From: Anthoceros angustus
Taxonomy: Eukaryota; Plantae; Anthocerotophyta
Assembly: GCA_010909165.1 (NCBI GenBank)
Contig: VJWM01000239.1
Location: forward strand, 124,001-188,000
Reading direction: 5' to 3'
Length of the DNA stretch: 64,000 nucleotides
The notes under the pieces were generated by a model that saw only the letters and a list, made by a program, of their open reading frames with translations, did not search any database and had not been told where the DNA came from. How positions within the stretch are numbered: the stretch's first letter is position 1; each line of letters starts with the position of its first letter. The position numbers and the translations under genes were made by a program. Positions 12,537 to 24,190 of the stretch are shown here, piece after piece.

Positions 12537-13330
12537 AGACGACCGAGTGTACGTGAGCATACAATTTTCACAGCATGCTTGCTTCACCTTCATCAGGCCT
12601 TTCTTGTGCTCTAGTGCGTGAACCGACCGGCCCTTGGCCGGATCGGCTTTTTCGCAACCTGTGGCTGCTTTCGAAAACCACAACTGAAAGTCATTGTGCA
12701 AACTCACTCTTCCTTGAAAGGACGAGCGAGAGAGAGCATGTACAATTAAGGGAAAGGATGCAACGTGAGATAGGTGAGGTTTAAATAGTTGCCTATGTTC
12801 TCATCCGCCATCGCTCCTGGCTCCCCCTGCATCCAGGTTGTCAGTGAGGTGATGAAACGTCCCCAAGCTACCGAGCTCCACCAAGAGGAAATGCGTAACT
12901 TCTTTCTTTCTTCTCCCAAGACTGCGTGCTTAAACCTGTTGCTCTTTCCGTTTCGTTTCTAACAGACCAGCTCTTCTTGGACGGCAACTGCCACAGATCT
13001 CAAGCCCAGGGCGGCAGACAATTCCCGCGAGGGAGCTACTACTTTCAGCGTTTGCGCACCTGTATGTCCTTGACGGCCACTGTTTGCACAACTCTCAAGC
13101 AGGGAGTCTAGTACAGCATATGAGCATAGCAATGGTGATAATGCAGACGACTTAGTGGAGCTTTTCGGCATCATTGTCGGAATTGATTAGGAAAAGGAAA
13201 CAAGGCTCTCTGGCCTGCTCAGGCTTTGAGCCACATAAGGTGGGGGAAAAACATGAGGCGGCCTAAGGAAATTACGTGTATACCAAAATGGGAGGACCAA
13301 CAAAGGAGGCAGGTCTCTAACTACATGGTC

Positions 13331-14890
13331 TCACAGGGGGATAGGGCGTAGAGAAACTCGTCCAGATGACTTGGTGAAACTCACAGCGGGATAGATCCGC
13401 TTTTTGAGCCATGCACCACCTAAGCCAAACTCCACGGAGGCTCCTTCCCAGCCTGTGAAACGGCAGGTTCCTGTATCCAAGTTCACACTGACTTGCACTT
13501 GTGTCACATAGGACCTGAACGCAATTCTGTCTTTCCCCGTCAGAGTCCGCCCATCATGCCAGAACCTGCCACGGCCATCCAGAATCGAGCCATTGCAGCT
13601 ATATCCGAGCCACTTGGAGTAATCTACCTCATCAGAGCAGAAGCCGATTCCGATAGCCGCGGATTAGAGGAATTGAAAACAGAAACAATCCAGCTGTGCT
13701 CTTCGGTGCTACCTCTCAAGCACGACAGAGCCCTTGCAAACCCCGTTCTGTCAGACGCGCATTCGAGTTCCCTACCATCCGCCGGATACTCGCCGATGAC
13801 AAAGTCGGACGAACATGCAACATGGGGACCCAAGATGGGTGCCCTCAAGTTGGAAGCCATGGTATGGTGGCATAAAGCCCTAAGCAACATCTCGGCAGGA
13901 ACTATCTTCAACGACTCAATGTCTCAACGGCAATGTCCTGGCAGGTCATCCGCCAAAAATTCATCAAGGGAAGGAAAGGCCGAGCAATGCTGGCTGCACT
14001 CTCCGACACTTCCGCAGTCCCCGAGGCACACATATCCATATCCTCCATATCCATATCCAAGCTCGACTCTTCTGACATCCCATCGAGATCGAGAGGCTTT
14101 CCCCAAATGCTGCCCCGCATCTTCCTAAACCACCCATTGCAGCACGTAATAAAAGATTGAACGCTCAGAGGAGAAGCAGGGGAAACTAAACGACCACGGT
14201 TCCTCGCACTCCAGCGTCTTGGACAGCAAGAACTCCAGCGCCTAGGCACTCAGCTTTCCGTAAGGGGGATGTTCAATGGGCCTGGAAAAAAACTTCTTCA
14301 GCAAAACCTCGGAAAAGAAGGATTCCGAGTCCGTGGGCAAACATTCCAGTGCAAGCGACAGCGCCTCCGCCAGCAACGTTCCATCCAGTTTACTCCCGGC
14401 GCCTGCGATCGGCAACGCCTCCGCCACCACTCTGTCGATCAGCTCCTCCATATCATCCGTGAGCTGGAAAATTAGACGCCGCATTGATAACATCCACCGA
14501 TACCTTCCGCATCCGCTGTTCCGAGAAGCGGCCAGAGGTGCAGAACTCGAGCAGCACCTCCAGCGCCTCCGTCCTCATCCCGGGAAACGGAATGGTAGCC
14601 ACCTCCCACACGGGCTGAGTAGCCTACTTCATCCCGCCCAACAGCACCTGGTTGCACATGGGAGACCGAAACGCTAGACTGTGCCGGGAGCCATACAGCA
14701 CGTCGCCGCTGGCGCTCACCAGCTTCATGTTGCTCAAGGGATACGCGACACTGAAGTTCAACACATCGGAGGCCGGGAAACGACCCACCCGCTGCCGCTT
14801 CCGCAGCCTCCTCTCGTCCGATGCACTGCCTTCCATTGCCAAAACTCCACCGTCCTCCGGCGCGCCCCGCTCGTGCTCGACCTTCACCAC
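13331..14890 (-). pseudogene. Intronless BTB/POZ-(BACK-like)-SPRY protein pseudogene
   Basis: BTB-like KLVSASGDVLYGSRHSLAFRSPMCNQVLLGGMK*, BACK-like SERSIFYYVLQW, and SPRY-like C-terminus VQVSVNLDTGTCRF...RIYPAVSF. In-frame stops at ~14624, ~14242, ~14126, ~13924 and ~13624, plus frameshifts. Confidence 0.6.
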
Positions 14891-15147
14891 CGTCTAGCTG
14901 AGGTGCTTTGGCGGGCAAGACGAACGTTTCGGAGGAAATGAAACCAGATTGTTGACGCCACATTTGGCATGAAATTACCCACAAACACATCTGACCCGTG
15001 GCCCAGCAGACTCACGATGTACTTCCCTTTCTTTTTTACAGGGACACCTTTTAAACTCGTAACTGAAATTTTCATTTTGAAATTTTTATTTTAAAGTATT
15101 AAAAAAAACTCAGAACACAAGATCCTCTTCTTCTTGGGACGAAATCA

Positions 15148-15268
15148 CGTTGTAATGTCCTCCCTTCGAGAGTAACATAAGACTTGGGTTCATTGGAACT
15201 CCGCAGTCAAGCGTTGTTATGTCCTCCCTTTGAGGAATGACATAAGACTTGGGTTCATTGGAACTCCA
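15148..15268. repeat. Tandem duplication, ~65-bp unit x2
   Basis: CGTTGT(A/T)ATGTCCTCCCTT...ACATAAGACTTGGGTTCATTGGAACTCC occurs twice. Confidence 0.8.
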
Positions 15269-15452
15269 CAGCCAAGCGTGTGCTAAGGACACGATGGGGT
15301 GTCATCCATTCTCAGCTCCATGTCCTTGTGGGGCCATTTGGTATAAATCATGCCCTCATCTCCGGAATGTGCAAGGCGTACCTTGTTAGTATCGTATGGG
15401 TTACTTCAGATTAAATTCCCAGTGCCGTAGGGGTTACTCTATCATCCGTGTG

Positions 15453-16262
15453 TTACACACAACCCCACACGGGTGTCGAGAATCATGGCTGCTCTAGGTA
15501 GCAAAATATAGCAAGCAGATAGTAGAAAGCTTTGCACAAAAAGAGTTGTATGCATTGATTATAATAGAAAGTATAAAGCTTTTAGGGTCGCGCCCCCGGC
15601 ACGCCACCACACATGTGTCAGGATCGGCCTGCGGTCGCACGGCGCCGATGCTGCAGGAAGACGAATGTCGGCCTGCCTGCAGTTGGAAAAAGAAAAAGGG
15701 AGGAGTGCGGCCCCTGGGGAGGGGACCGCGCCCCTCTGAGGAGCAGAACGCCCCTCCTGGGCAATACCCTAGTGATCCTCTACCTGCCTCTCGCTAGATT
15801 CCAACTTTTGTAGAGCGCCCACCACGATTTCTGGTGGTAGGAAGTGGTCTGGCACTCGTGTCGATGTTGAAGTCACCTGTGGAGAGGTGGAGGTTGTCCC
15901 TGCAGGTGCTGGAGGTCGCCAATTGATGTGTGAGTGCTGCCGGATGTGGAGTACCTCACTCAGGCCGGGAAATTGGAGAAAGATGTTGCCCCATGTCTTG
16001 TCTCAATTTCTTGAAGGTGCCTTCTGCCAATCCCAAGCCAACACCTGCTCCAACTGCAGCATGTCGTCACCACAGTTGTGTGCAGATGAGAGATCGTCGA
16101 GGGAGATTCCAGAAGGCTCTTGTGGAGAAGAAATCGCCGGAGATTGTTCTCTCATCTGATTCAACTATCTTGGAAGAGTCTTCATGGAAGGGCTTCCCTG
16201 CTTCTGCTGATGAAGACGAGGCTGAAATCTCAAGTAAGACACCCGTGTGGGGTTGTGTGTAA
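15453..16262. repeat. Perfect 25-bp inverted repeat pair bounding 810 bp
   Basis: TTACACACAACCCCACACGGGTGTC at 15453-15477 and its exact reverse complement at 16238-16262. Confidence 0.85.
15478..15582 (-). repeat. Truncated copy of the copia LTR
   Basis: GAGAATCATGGCTGCTCTAGG...TATAATAGAAAGTATAAAGC is near-identical to 21999-22100. It lacks the first 4 nt and the remaining ~170 bp of the LTR. Confidence 0.85.
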
Positions 16263-17049
16263 TAGGCTGTTGTAGCAGGGTATCCCCCCTGTCGTGAGGG
16301 AGAGGCACCTAGTTGTTAGCCCGTTTGTGGGCATGTTTAAGTGACCATTTTCCAGTTCGGAAAAAAAATTGTAATGAATTTTTTGATACTATTTTCGCAG
16401 ATTTACGTATGGAAAATTTTGGGAAAAAGGAAAATGAAGTGGAAAATGAAGAAAATGAGAAAATGAAAAGGTAGACATGCTTTTGTGATTCTAAAAGGTG
16501 TTCTAACTTATTTTTCTCTTGCTAAAACTTGCCCATTTTAGGTTTCTTTTCTGGCCCCGAAGAAAGACATAGGATAGGAAACATAGGGTTTTGGAAGCCC
16601 GGCATATATCGCAAGGATGATGATGTGAAGCTCATCTATATAATCACTAATATGAGAGGGGAGAGCGGGCCAGACGTACCACCATGCTCCTATGTTTGCC
16701 AAGAAACTAAGATACACATGATATGGGTTATGTATGCTGTCTGTGAAGAATTTCCCGGGCATATGATCCATGTCGATTGTGAGTATTCATGAGGCTAAGA
16801 AAATATGGAAAAGTTTTAATTAGCAAAAATATTATTTAATATTTTAATATTATTTTCTAGAGCACCTCAACTATGTATGAAGGAGAGGATGCGGCTACGA
16901 GGCCTATGTTAAGATTGAGGATGATTGTTCAAGACTTAGAATAGAATATTGGACTACTAAGGTTATCTCAAGTAGACCAATTTAGGCTAGGATGAACTAT
17001 AGTGGAGGCTTAGGGTGTCCAATATACCTAAACATTTCATGTGTTTCTG

Positions 17050-20000
17050 CGTTCAATGCCTAGTGACTTTGTTAATAAATCACCGCATTATCTAAAGTTT
17101 GAACATAACTAATATCTATAGTTTTATCCTCTATTTTCTCCGATGTAATGATATCCGACAACAATATGTTTAGTTCTAGAGTGGAAGACAGGGTTCCTTG
17201 ACAAGGCTATAGCTCCCTGACTATCACTCAACAACAAGGTGGGCTTTTCCTGCTTGTGATGAAGTTCACTCAAGGTTAGCCTAGTCCATACTATGTCTTT
17301 AGCAACTGAGGTTAGTACTCTATACTCTGACTCAGTGCTGGACAAGGCTATGGTTGGTTGTTTCTTACTTGACCAGGATATTGGTGCTCCCCAATGACGT
17401 AACTCGATACGGATCACGGTGTCGGTCACCAAGATAGTCGGCGTCGTATAAGTTAATGTCAACGTCTTTATGCTCGGTGTATACTTGAATGTCAATCCTG
17501 TGCATGGTACCCTTGAGGTATCGAATATGCGCTTAGTTGACATCCGGTTCACGCCTGTGGTTCTCGAATTGTGAGCAGGTGACGAAGATATATCCGGTCG
17601 AGTGAAGTTGGATAAATATATAAGTGTGCCAACAGATGTCGATATGGGATCGACATTTCCAACTTGTCTTGTCTTTGGACTCATATCCATGGTAAGCTGA
17701 CCGCTAGCAAAGGTGTAGGTTTCATCTTCAAGTCCAAACTTGGTTAAACTCTCTTTAATGTACTTGGTTTGAACAATACTCGAGTCTTGTTTGCTCGATC
17801 TCTAATAATGTTGACACCAAGTGCATATGTCATTTCTCCTAAATCAGACATTTCATAAAAAGTCTTGAGCCAGCTTTTGATCTCGGCTAGGAGAGTAAGG
17901 GAGTTTGTGGCCATGAATACGTCGTCGACGTAGAGCAATAGGTAAAAGATATCATTGCCTGATATTAGGATATACATGCATGCATCGGCATCACTTTGGA
18001 AGCCTCTTTGATGAGTTTCACATGTATGTCCATATTCCAATTTTACCGATTGCTTAAGGCCATACAAGCCTTTAATTAGTCTGCATACCCAATCTTCCTT
18101 GCCTTTAACCTCATAACCTTGGCTGTTTCATGTAGATTTCTTCTTGAAGACGGCCATAGAGATATGTTGTCTTCACATCCATCATATGGAGCTCAAGATC
18201 ATGATGGGTCAACATGAAGATTATTCTAAGGAAGCAAACTTTGCTCTTTACCGAATGTGGCCCATGGGAGGTAATCTAAACCCGTATCCGGGTGAATCCA
18301 CAGCCACAAGGCGTGCTTTGTATCTCTCAATGGAACCATCTCCTTTTCTCTTAATTTTGAATACCCATTTGCTGGTGACTATCTTCCTACCCTTAGGTGG
18401 CTTAACCAATTCCCATGTAGAGTTACTAATGAGAGAGTTATATTAATCTATACTACCTTCCATAAGGCTTTTTCGTGAGAAGAGAAAGCTTGTTTTAAGG
18501 TAAGAGGTTCTTACGGATCTATGGTTGCCTTGTATGCTTGTGAGTAAAGTGATACAGGGGAATAGGATCATCAAAACAGCTAGATATCCTAAAGGAGGTT
18601 CCTTCCATCCCGCGGGTCCGGATTGCGGACGGGTTCTTAAGTTGTACCTTTGTGTAGGTTACGGTGCATCTTCCATGGAGCAGGAACATCAATAGGATCA
18701 TGGTGCTCCATGTCATTCACGGAGGGTCATCATGCTCTTCATAAAGAGTGTCTGGCTCCTCGACTTGAATGTTGTCGCCATCCGGTGGTGTTTCATGTGG
18801 AATAGATGCTAACTCCTCCTCCCGCAGAGAGGTTCAACTACGGAACACGAGAGGTGAACTGGAAATTGAGTGATATAATCGGTATCATCAAATGAGGAGG
18901 TATCCGAGGGCTCTTGAAGAGACGCCCTGGCGGATGTACCAGCTCCCACTGGGAAAAGAGGTAAGACTCATGAAAAGTAACACTCGGCATATATAAGCTT
19001 CCGTGGTGGGTTCAAATAGCTTGTAACCTTTGATGCCTTGTAGCCAATAATAGATATTTGGCAGCTTTGGATCTAAAGCGTTGTACTTTAGGGATAAAGA
19101 CATAGAAGGTGATCTATGGAAGGCTTGTTGCCGTGAATGCTTCATATGGAGTCATACCTTGAACCGAGGAAGTCGGCGATTCATGAGATAGGTTGTCGTA
19201 AGGAGGGCCTCACCAATAAGCTTTGGATAAGTTAGCTTGTGTTAACAGCAACTGTAATCTCTTGGAGGCGGAGATTCTTATTTTCTACGCCATTTTGCCG
19301 AGGAGTGTATACTACACTTAATTGTTGAGCTACGCCTTCTCGACAAAATTCAGCAAATCTATGAGATGTAAACTCTCCACCGTTGTCGGAACGTAAGGTC
19401 TTGAGTTTGTGATCGTAAGCCTTTCTGCCCATGCCATGTAATCCTTGAAAAACTGATAAGTTTCACTCTTTTGGATGAGGATGTAGGAGAGGCAGAAACG
19501 GGAATAGTCGTCGGTGAAAGTCAAGAAGTATCTACTACCGCTAAAGGAGGGTGTAGAGAGGGGTCCGCAAATGTCTGTGTGTACTATCTCTAAAGGTGAC
19601 CTGGCCCTTTGTGGAGATGGATTTTTGAAAGGTTCCTGGTGACATTTTGTGATGACACATGTTTCGCACTAGTCTAAGTTGTGAACCTTGGAGAGACAAG
19701 GTGTTCTATACAGATTGGCTCTAGACATTTGTATTAACTTCTGACTATTAGGATGACCTAATCTGCAATGCCAGAGCATTGTGTGAGTTGGTGTGGCAGA
19801 ATGTGGGGAGGCTACATTGACGAAATGTGTGGCTCCTACTTTAACTGACAATCTATAGAGACCATCTTCTAAGATGCCAGTGCAGATATTGTGTGTTCTA
19901 TTCTTGAGGTAGGAAAGAAAACAGCTATCTGCATATAAAAGGACCTGCATGTGGTGTTGGTGGCAAAGACTAGCGGCTGACACTAGGTTTTTACACATGG

Positions 20001-21190
20001 CAGGGACATGGAGGACGTGGTGAAGATGAAGAGTCTGACCTGAGTCACAATTGAGTACAACAGAACCTAGACCCGCGATGGGAAGGTTGTGATCATCGCC
20101 AAGAACAAATGGATGTCCTGGTCGGGTGTATGACTCAAGGAGTCTTTGTTGTAGCAGATATGTGATGTTGCTCCACCGTCTGTGTACCAATAAGCGGTGG
20201 TCGGCTTAGAGGATGCAAGGCAAATAGTGAGCACACGTGTTGTTGATGAAGAGTGTTTCTTGAAGCAACATGAGCGCGGGCCTCGATCTAGGTTCCCATT
20301 CTTCTTCTTTCTACATCCTTTTCCATGTGATTAGGAATTCGCACCAATTACAAATAATTCCACTCTTTTGGTACCCCGGAAGGTGTGGAAGAGTTGGATT
20401 CGCCATGATATTTGTTTGGTGTGGAATAAGGTGTCTATTGGAAGGAGAACTTTTGCCGCCTCTTCCTCTCGCCTCTTCCAACAGACATCACCGCCGTCGG
20501 TGGACTTGGGCTCATGGCGTCGACTGGACTCCTCCTGTATCATTGCTCCGATGAGTTCTGCGACAGATGTCGAGGTCTGCGCATCGAAGCCGCCCGAAGT
20601 CTTTTGGGCTTGTCGAACCACAGCGTTCTGTGTGGTGAGAAATGGTCCGTAGGAGGGTGGGAGGGAAATCAAGAGAACAAGGAATGCAACAAGTTCGGAG
20701 ACGGAGGTGTTGGTGGCAGCTTCATATTGAGATCTAGCTTGCTGGAAAGTGTTGATATGGTGTTCGACGGAGTCGGATTCCTTCATCTTGATTGAAGAAG
20801 TTGCATCGCGGTCATCATACTCATCACATCTCTTGAAGAATATAATCGAGCAAGGTGATCCCACATCTTTAGAAGTTTTGCTTGACCGCATTGTCTTACC
20901 ATATTAAGGGCTAGTCCACCGATCGAGGTCTTGAGCTTTTCATCCTCGGCGTCCCAGTTTCTTTGCTCTGAGCCCCACTGTGGTTTGGTGTGGACCCACT
21001 TACAACGTCCCATAGGTCTCGATTGCGGAAAAGTGCACGCGCAGCGCCAAACGCACGCCCCATTGAATCATCCTTCTCCTTAAAACTGCCACCATAGTTG
21101 TGATTCACCACGGAAGGTCGTACTTCATCTTTGGGTGGATCCTTCCTCTCCTCTCTCTCTCTCTCGTCGTCCACGTCGGAACCAGCCATT
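17050..21190 (-). pseudogene. Copia gag-pol with frameshifts
   Basis: The motifs above are split across several reading frames (ORFs 20911-21273, 20331-20891, 19669-20190, 19232-19524, 17744-18067, 17124-17690). Confidence 0.85.
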
Positions 21191-21981
21191 GCGGTGGTCA
21201 CTATTGCAGAGAGCTGCAGCGCCTCGCATTTCCTCATCATCATGCAGAAATCCGGGCGCAAGGAGCAAAACAAGAAGAAACCTTTTCAGATCGGCGTGTT
21301 TGTCGGATGAAGCAGAAGGGAAAGTTTGTGATGAAGACACTCGATGTTTGGATCAAGATGCTCAAGGAGGCGCTTATTGAGATCACGCACTTCTCTTGCT
21401 AACTCCTCTATGCTTGTTCTGCGAGGGTGTGTTGATGGCGTGGTTCTCTGGCGAGAGTCTTTATCGAATCGAAGTTTCTTGCTTGTGTTGTTGTAAACCC
21501 GCATTGGAGAGGAGGAAGAGGACACCTTGTAGATTTGGGATATGATCAAGAGCGAGTTCTATTGCTTTCTTTTGACTTAAACTAAAGATAGTAAGCAAGT
21601 TTCTTCTAGCAATTTCTATCTGCCTCCCTTGATCTTCTACTTTGATTAGGATAGAGCCAATGAAGTTAGCTATAAGTATGGAATCTCCTACTATCTGACT
21701 AGACTTCCTAGCAATTCTAATCTTTGCATTCTTATATTCTATATCTTGTCTTGCAACCTTAATCTTCTTCCAATAGCCTTGCTTGCGAGGATTGAGGAAA
21801 TCCATCGCGTTGAAGCAAGGATTAGATGCACTGAGTGTGCATTATTGAAGATTAGGGAACCTGCAAACATGACAGCAATATATGACATGCAATCTAAAGA
21901 ATCTATACATCTTCTAAAAAGAAATGAAGAAGAAGAGTAGACTAGCATGTCAAGTTGCCCAATGCAAATAGAGATCAGCAA

Positions 21982-21994
21982 TGCTCTGATACCA
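21982..21994 (-). promoter_or_regulatory. Primer binding site complementary to tRNA-iMet (copia)
   Basis: Minus strand TGGTATCAGAGCA immediately inside the LTR. Confidence 0.9.
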
Positions 21995-22276
21995 TGATGA
22001 GAATCATGGCTGCTCTAGGTAGCAAAATATAGCAAGCAGATAGTAGAAAGCTTTGCACAAAAAGAGTTGTATGCATCGATTATAATAGAAAGTACAAAGC
22101 CTTTATATAGGCTAGGTGGTTATAACATAAGGTGGTTGTAACCATAAGTAGTTCTAACCTCTAAGTGGTTGTAACAACTAGCTACTCAATAAACTACCTA
22201 AAGCCCTAAGAACTAAATTAATCAAAAGTCTTAGGTGCCCTAGTGAAGAGTGCCCTAAATAGGTCATATTTCATCA
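21995..22276 (-). repeat. Copia 5' LTR (~282 bp)
   Basis: Terminal inverted repeat TGATGA...TCATCA, adjacent PBS, and a partial second copy at 15478. Confidence 0.85.
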
Positions 22277-23107
22277 CAGACATGCCGGTGGCGATACGGC
22301 TAATTGTCCAGCGGTAGAAGTTCATAGCCCTTAATTTCAGGGGACAGAATAATTGCGGTTGAGTGGCTTCGAATGTCAAAGTTCTCGTGTAAACTTGCTT
22401 CGTTTAGCCTTGAGCACGCCTCCAGGCCAGGCTTTGCAAGACACAGTTGCGAGCAAGAATGCAGTTTTGCTCAATAGTTGCCAGCAGGAACACGCCCGGA
22501 AATGCCTTTATGGACAATTACATCTTCCAACTCCATGTACGGATTCTACAAGTGGGCCAAATGTGTGCCCAAGATCTCACTAGAAACGGGAATCACAAAC
22601 TATAGTACTATTACAAGATTGATCACCGGTTGTATGGGGCACTGTTGTGGGATGCACAGGAACTGCATATCGTGAGGGACAATGCATATGGAAAGGGCTT
22701 GGAGGACATGGACTTCCTTTCGACTCTGTTTCGGCTACATGTAGCACTGATGACACTCTGCACAGAGTGCGAGAGTAGACGAGAGGCACTACTTGAATAC
22801 CTCAAGTATTGGACGGAGGTTGAGGCCATACCGTGGGCTTAGACAGCGGTCACCTTGCTCCGGGCTGTGGTGGACGGTGATGTTTGGGTGGGCGGACATT
22901 GTCGTGCAGGAGCTTGTGCACTTTTTTTGGTTCTCATCTATTCTCCTCTATCACCTGGGTGATGAGATTAGTACACGGGGGAAAGGCCCCCGTAGCCGAT
23001 CTGGTCATAGTTATGTTATAACAAGTTTTCCTGCCGTATGGCGAGACACCTCTTTCGTTGCGACACCTTTGATCCTTTCAACAATGGCTCTCCAGCTTTT
23101 TTGCCGC

Positions 23108-23676
23108 TGTCGTGGCACCAGACTTGTTTTACAAGAATATATATAGTAGCCTAGAGGTAGGCTGGCTATATATGTGATTTTGGCCATTAGGAAATAGCTA
23201 TTAATTAGCTTACCCCATATGAAGCTATTTAACTGACATTATCGTGATAGGTTATTAGGCCATTTAGGTCATTTCTAGAACCAGGGCTTCAAACCCGGGT
23301 GGCTCGTGGGCTACATCATGAAGCCCGCTGCTGCAACGCCAAAGGATCACGCGAGGTGGTGGCCTCATCACACCGAGAGGGAGGTGCTAGCTCATGATGG
23401 CGGCCAAGACCTCAAGACTGGCGATGGCAGCTGCAACAACCAGTTGTCGAAGTCCGTGGAAAGGGAATGTTGCTGAGACTCACGCAAAACCGCGGTGTTG
23501 CTGGATTTCTGATTGGAATGCAAGGTTTTGGTGTGCATGTGGCTCAGAACGATTGCAATGTGTGTGGGTGCTGCAGCAGGTCACGGATTTACCAACTCCA
23601 GGCAGCCCGTGTAGGGCAGCCCTTTGATTCGTATTTGCACCGAGGTGCGCCACAGACGCGGCGCTGCTGGCTTGTC
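23108..23676 (+). repeat. 5' terminal repeat A1 of the DNMT-gypsy element
   Basis: Starts TGTCGTGGCACC; homologous to 43799-~44358 and 45589-~46146. Homology stops at ~23676 without a terminal CA. Confidence 0.88.
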
Positions 23677-23677
23677 T

Positions 23678-23690
23678 ACTTCGACAACTG
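23678..23690 (+). promoter_or_regulatory. Putative self-priming primer binding site (Tf1-like)
   Basis: ACTTCGACAACTG directly after A1 is the exact reverse complement of CAGTTGTCGAAGT at 23441-23453 inside A1. No TGG-type tRNA PBS was seen. Confidence 0.7.
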
Positions 23691-23829
23691 CTTTCAATTG
23701 CTGGAGCTCACGTGTGAGGCGAGTGAGCTGGTGGAGGCGGCCGTGCAACTCTAGCAAGGCAGCATCCCCACACGCCCTGATTGTGCAGCAGAAGCTGCAT
23801 TTCATCTGCAGCAAGCTGCCCAAGTCTTC

Positions 23830-24190
23830 CAGCGTTCATAGCGATCGCCCCACAGGTTGCCGTCGATTTGCATACCAGTGTTCGCCTTGTTGAGACAAAT
23901 CTGTTGGTACCATTTTTGTCTACTTTCGAGTGCAATCCAGGGACTGAATGCCTTGGAGAGGTTGAGCACTTAGGGTTCAGGTGTGGAAATTGGCTATTTG
24001 CAGCCATCAGCGTTCATAGCGATCGATCCACAGGTCGGTTTCCTGATTTGCATACCAAAGTGTTCGCCTTGTTGAGACAAATCTGTTGGTACCATTTTTG
24101 TCTACTTTCGAGTGCAATCCAAGGACTGAATGCCTTGGAAAGGTTGGGCACTTAGGGTTCAGTTGGGGAAATTGGCTATTTGCAGCCATC
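23830..24190 (+). repeat. ~180-bp tandem duplication in the 5' leader of the DNMT-gypsy element
   Basis: CAGCGTTCATAGCGATCG...AAATTGGCTATTTGCAGCCATCA occurs at 23830 and 24008. Confidence 0.85.

Larger units (their letters stand above)
16860..22276 (-). mobile_element. Ty1/copia LTR retrotransposon (degenerate; 3' LTR displaced and truncated)
   Basis: Minus-strand order is gag (LWDVVSG, LLISLPPSY, CNWC knuckle), PR (WYTDGGATSH), IN (LWHCRLGH, HTDICGP, FTDDYSR, LRSDNGGEF), RT (LLLYVDDVF), RNase H (ALSSTESEY, HSRTKHI). An LTR and a tRNA-iMet PBS lie at the right end. Confidence 0.92.

Noticed and set aside
13331-14890. Stops corrected by U-to-C RNA editing
   Set aside because: Such editing is organellar; this locus is nuclear and also has frameshifts.
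22290-23100. Protein-like fragment (…LSTLFRLHVALMTLCTECESRREALLEYLKYW…)
   Set aside because: I could not assign a family or a gene structure.
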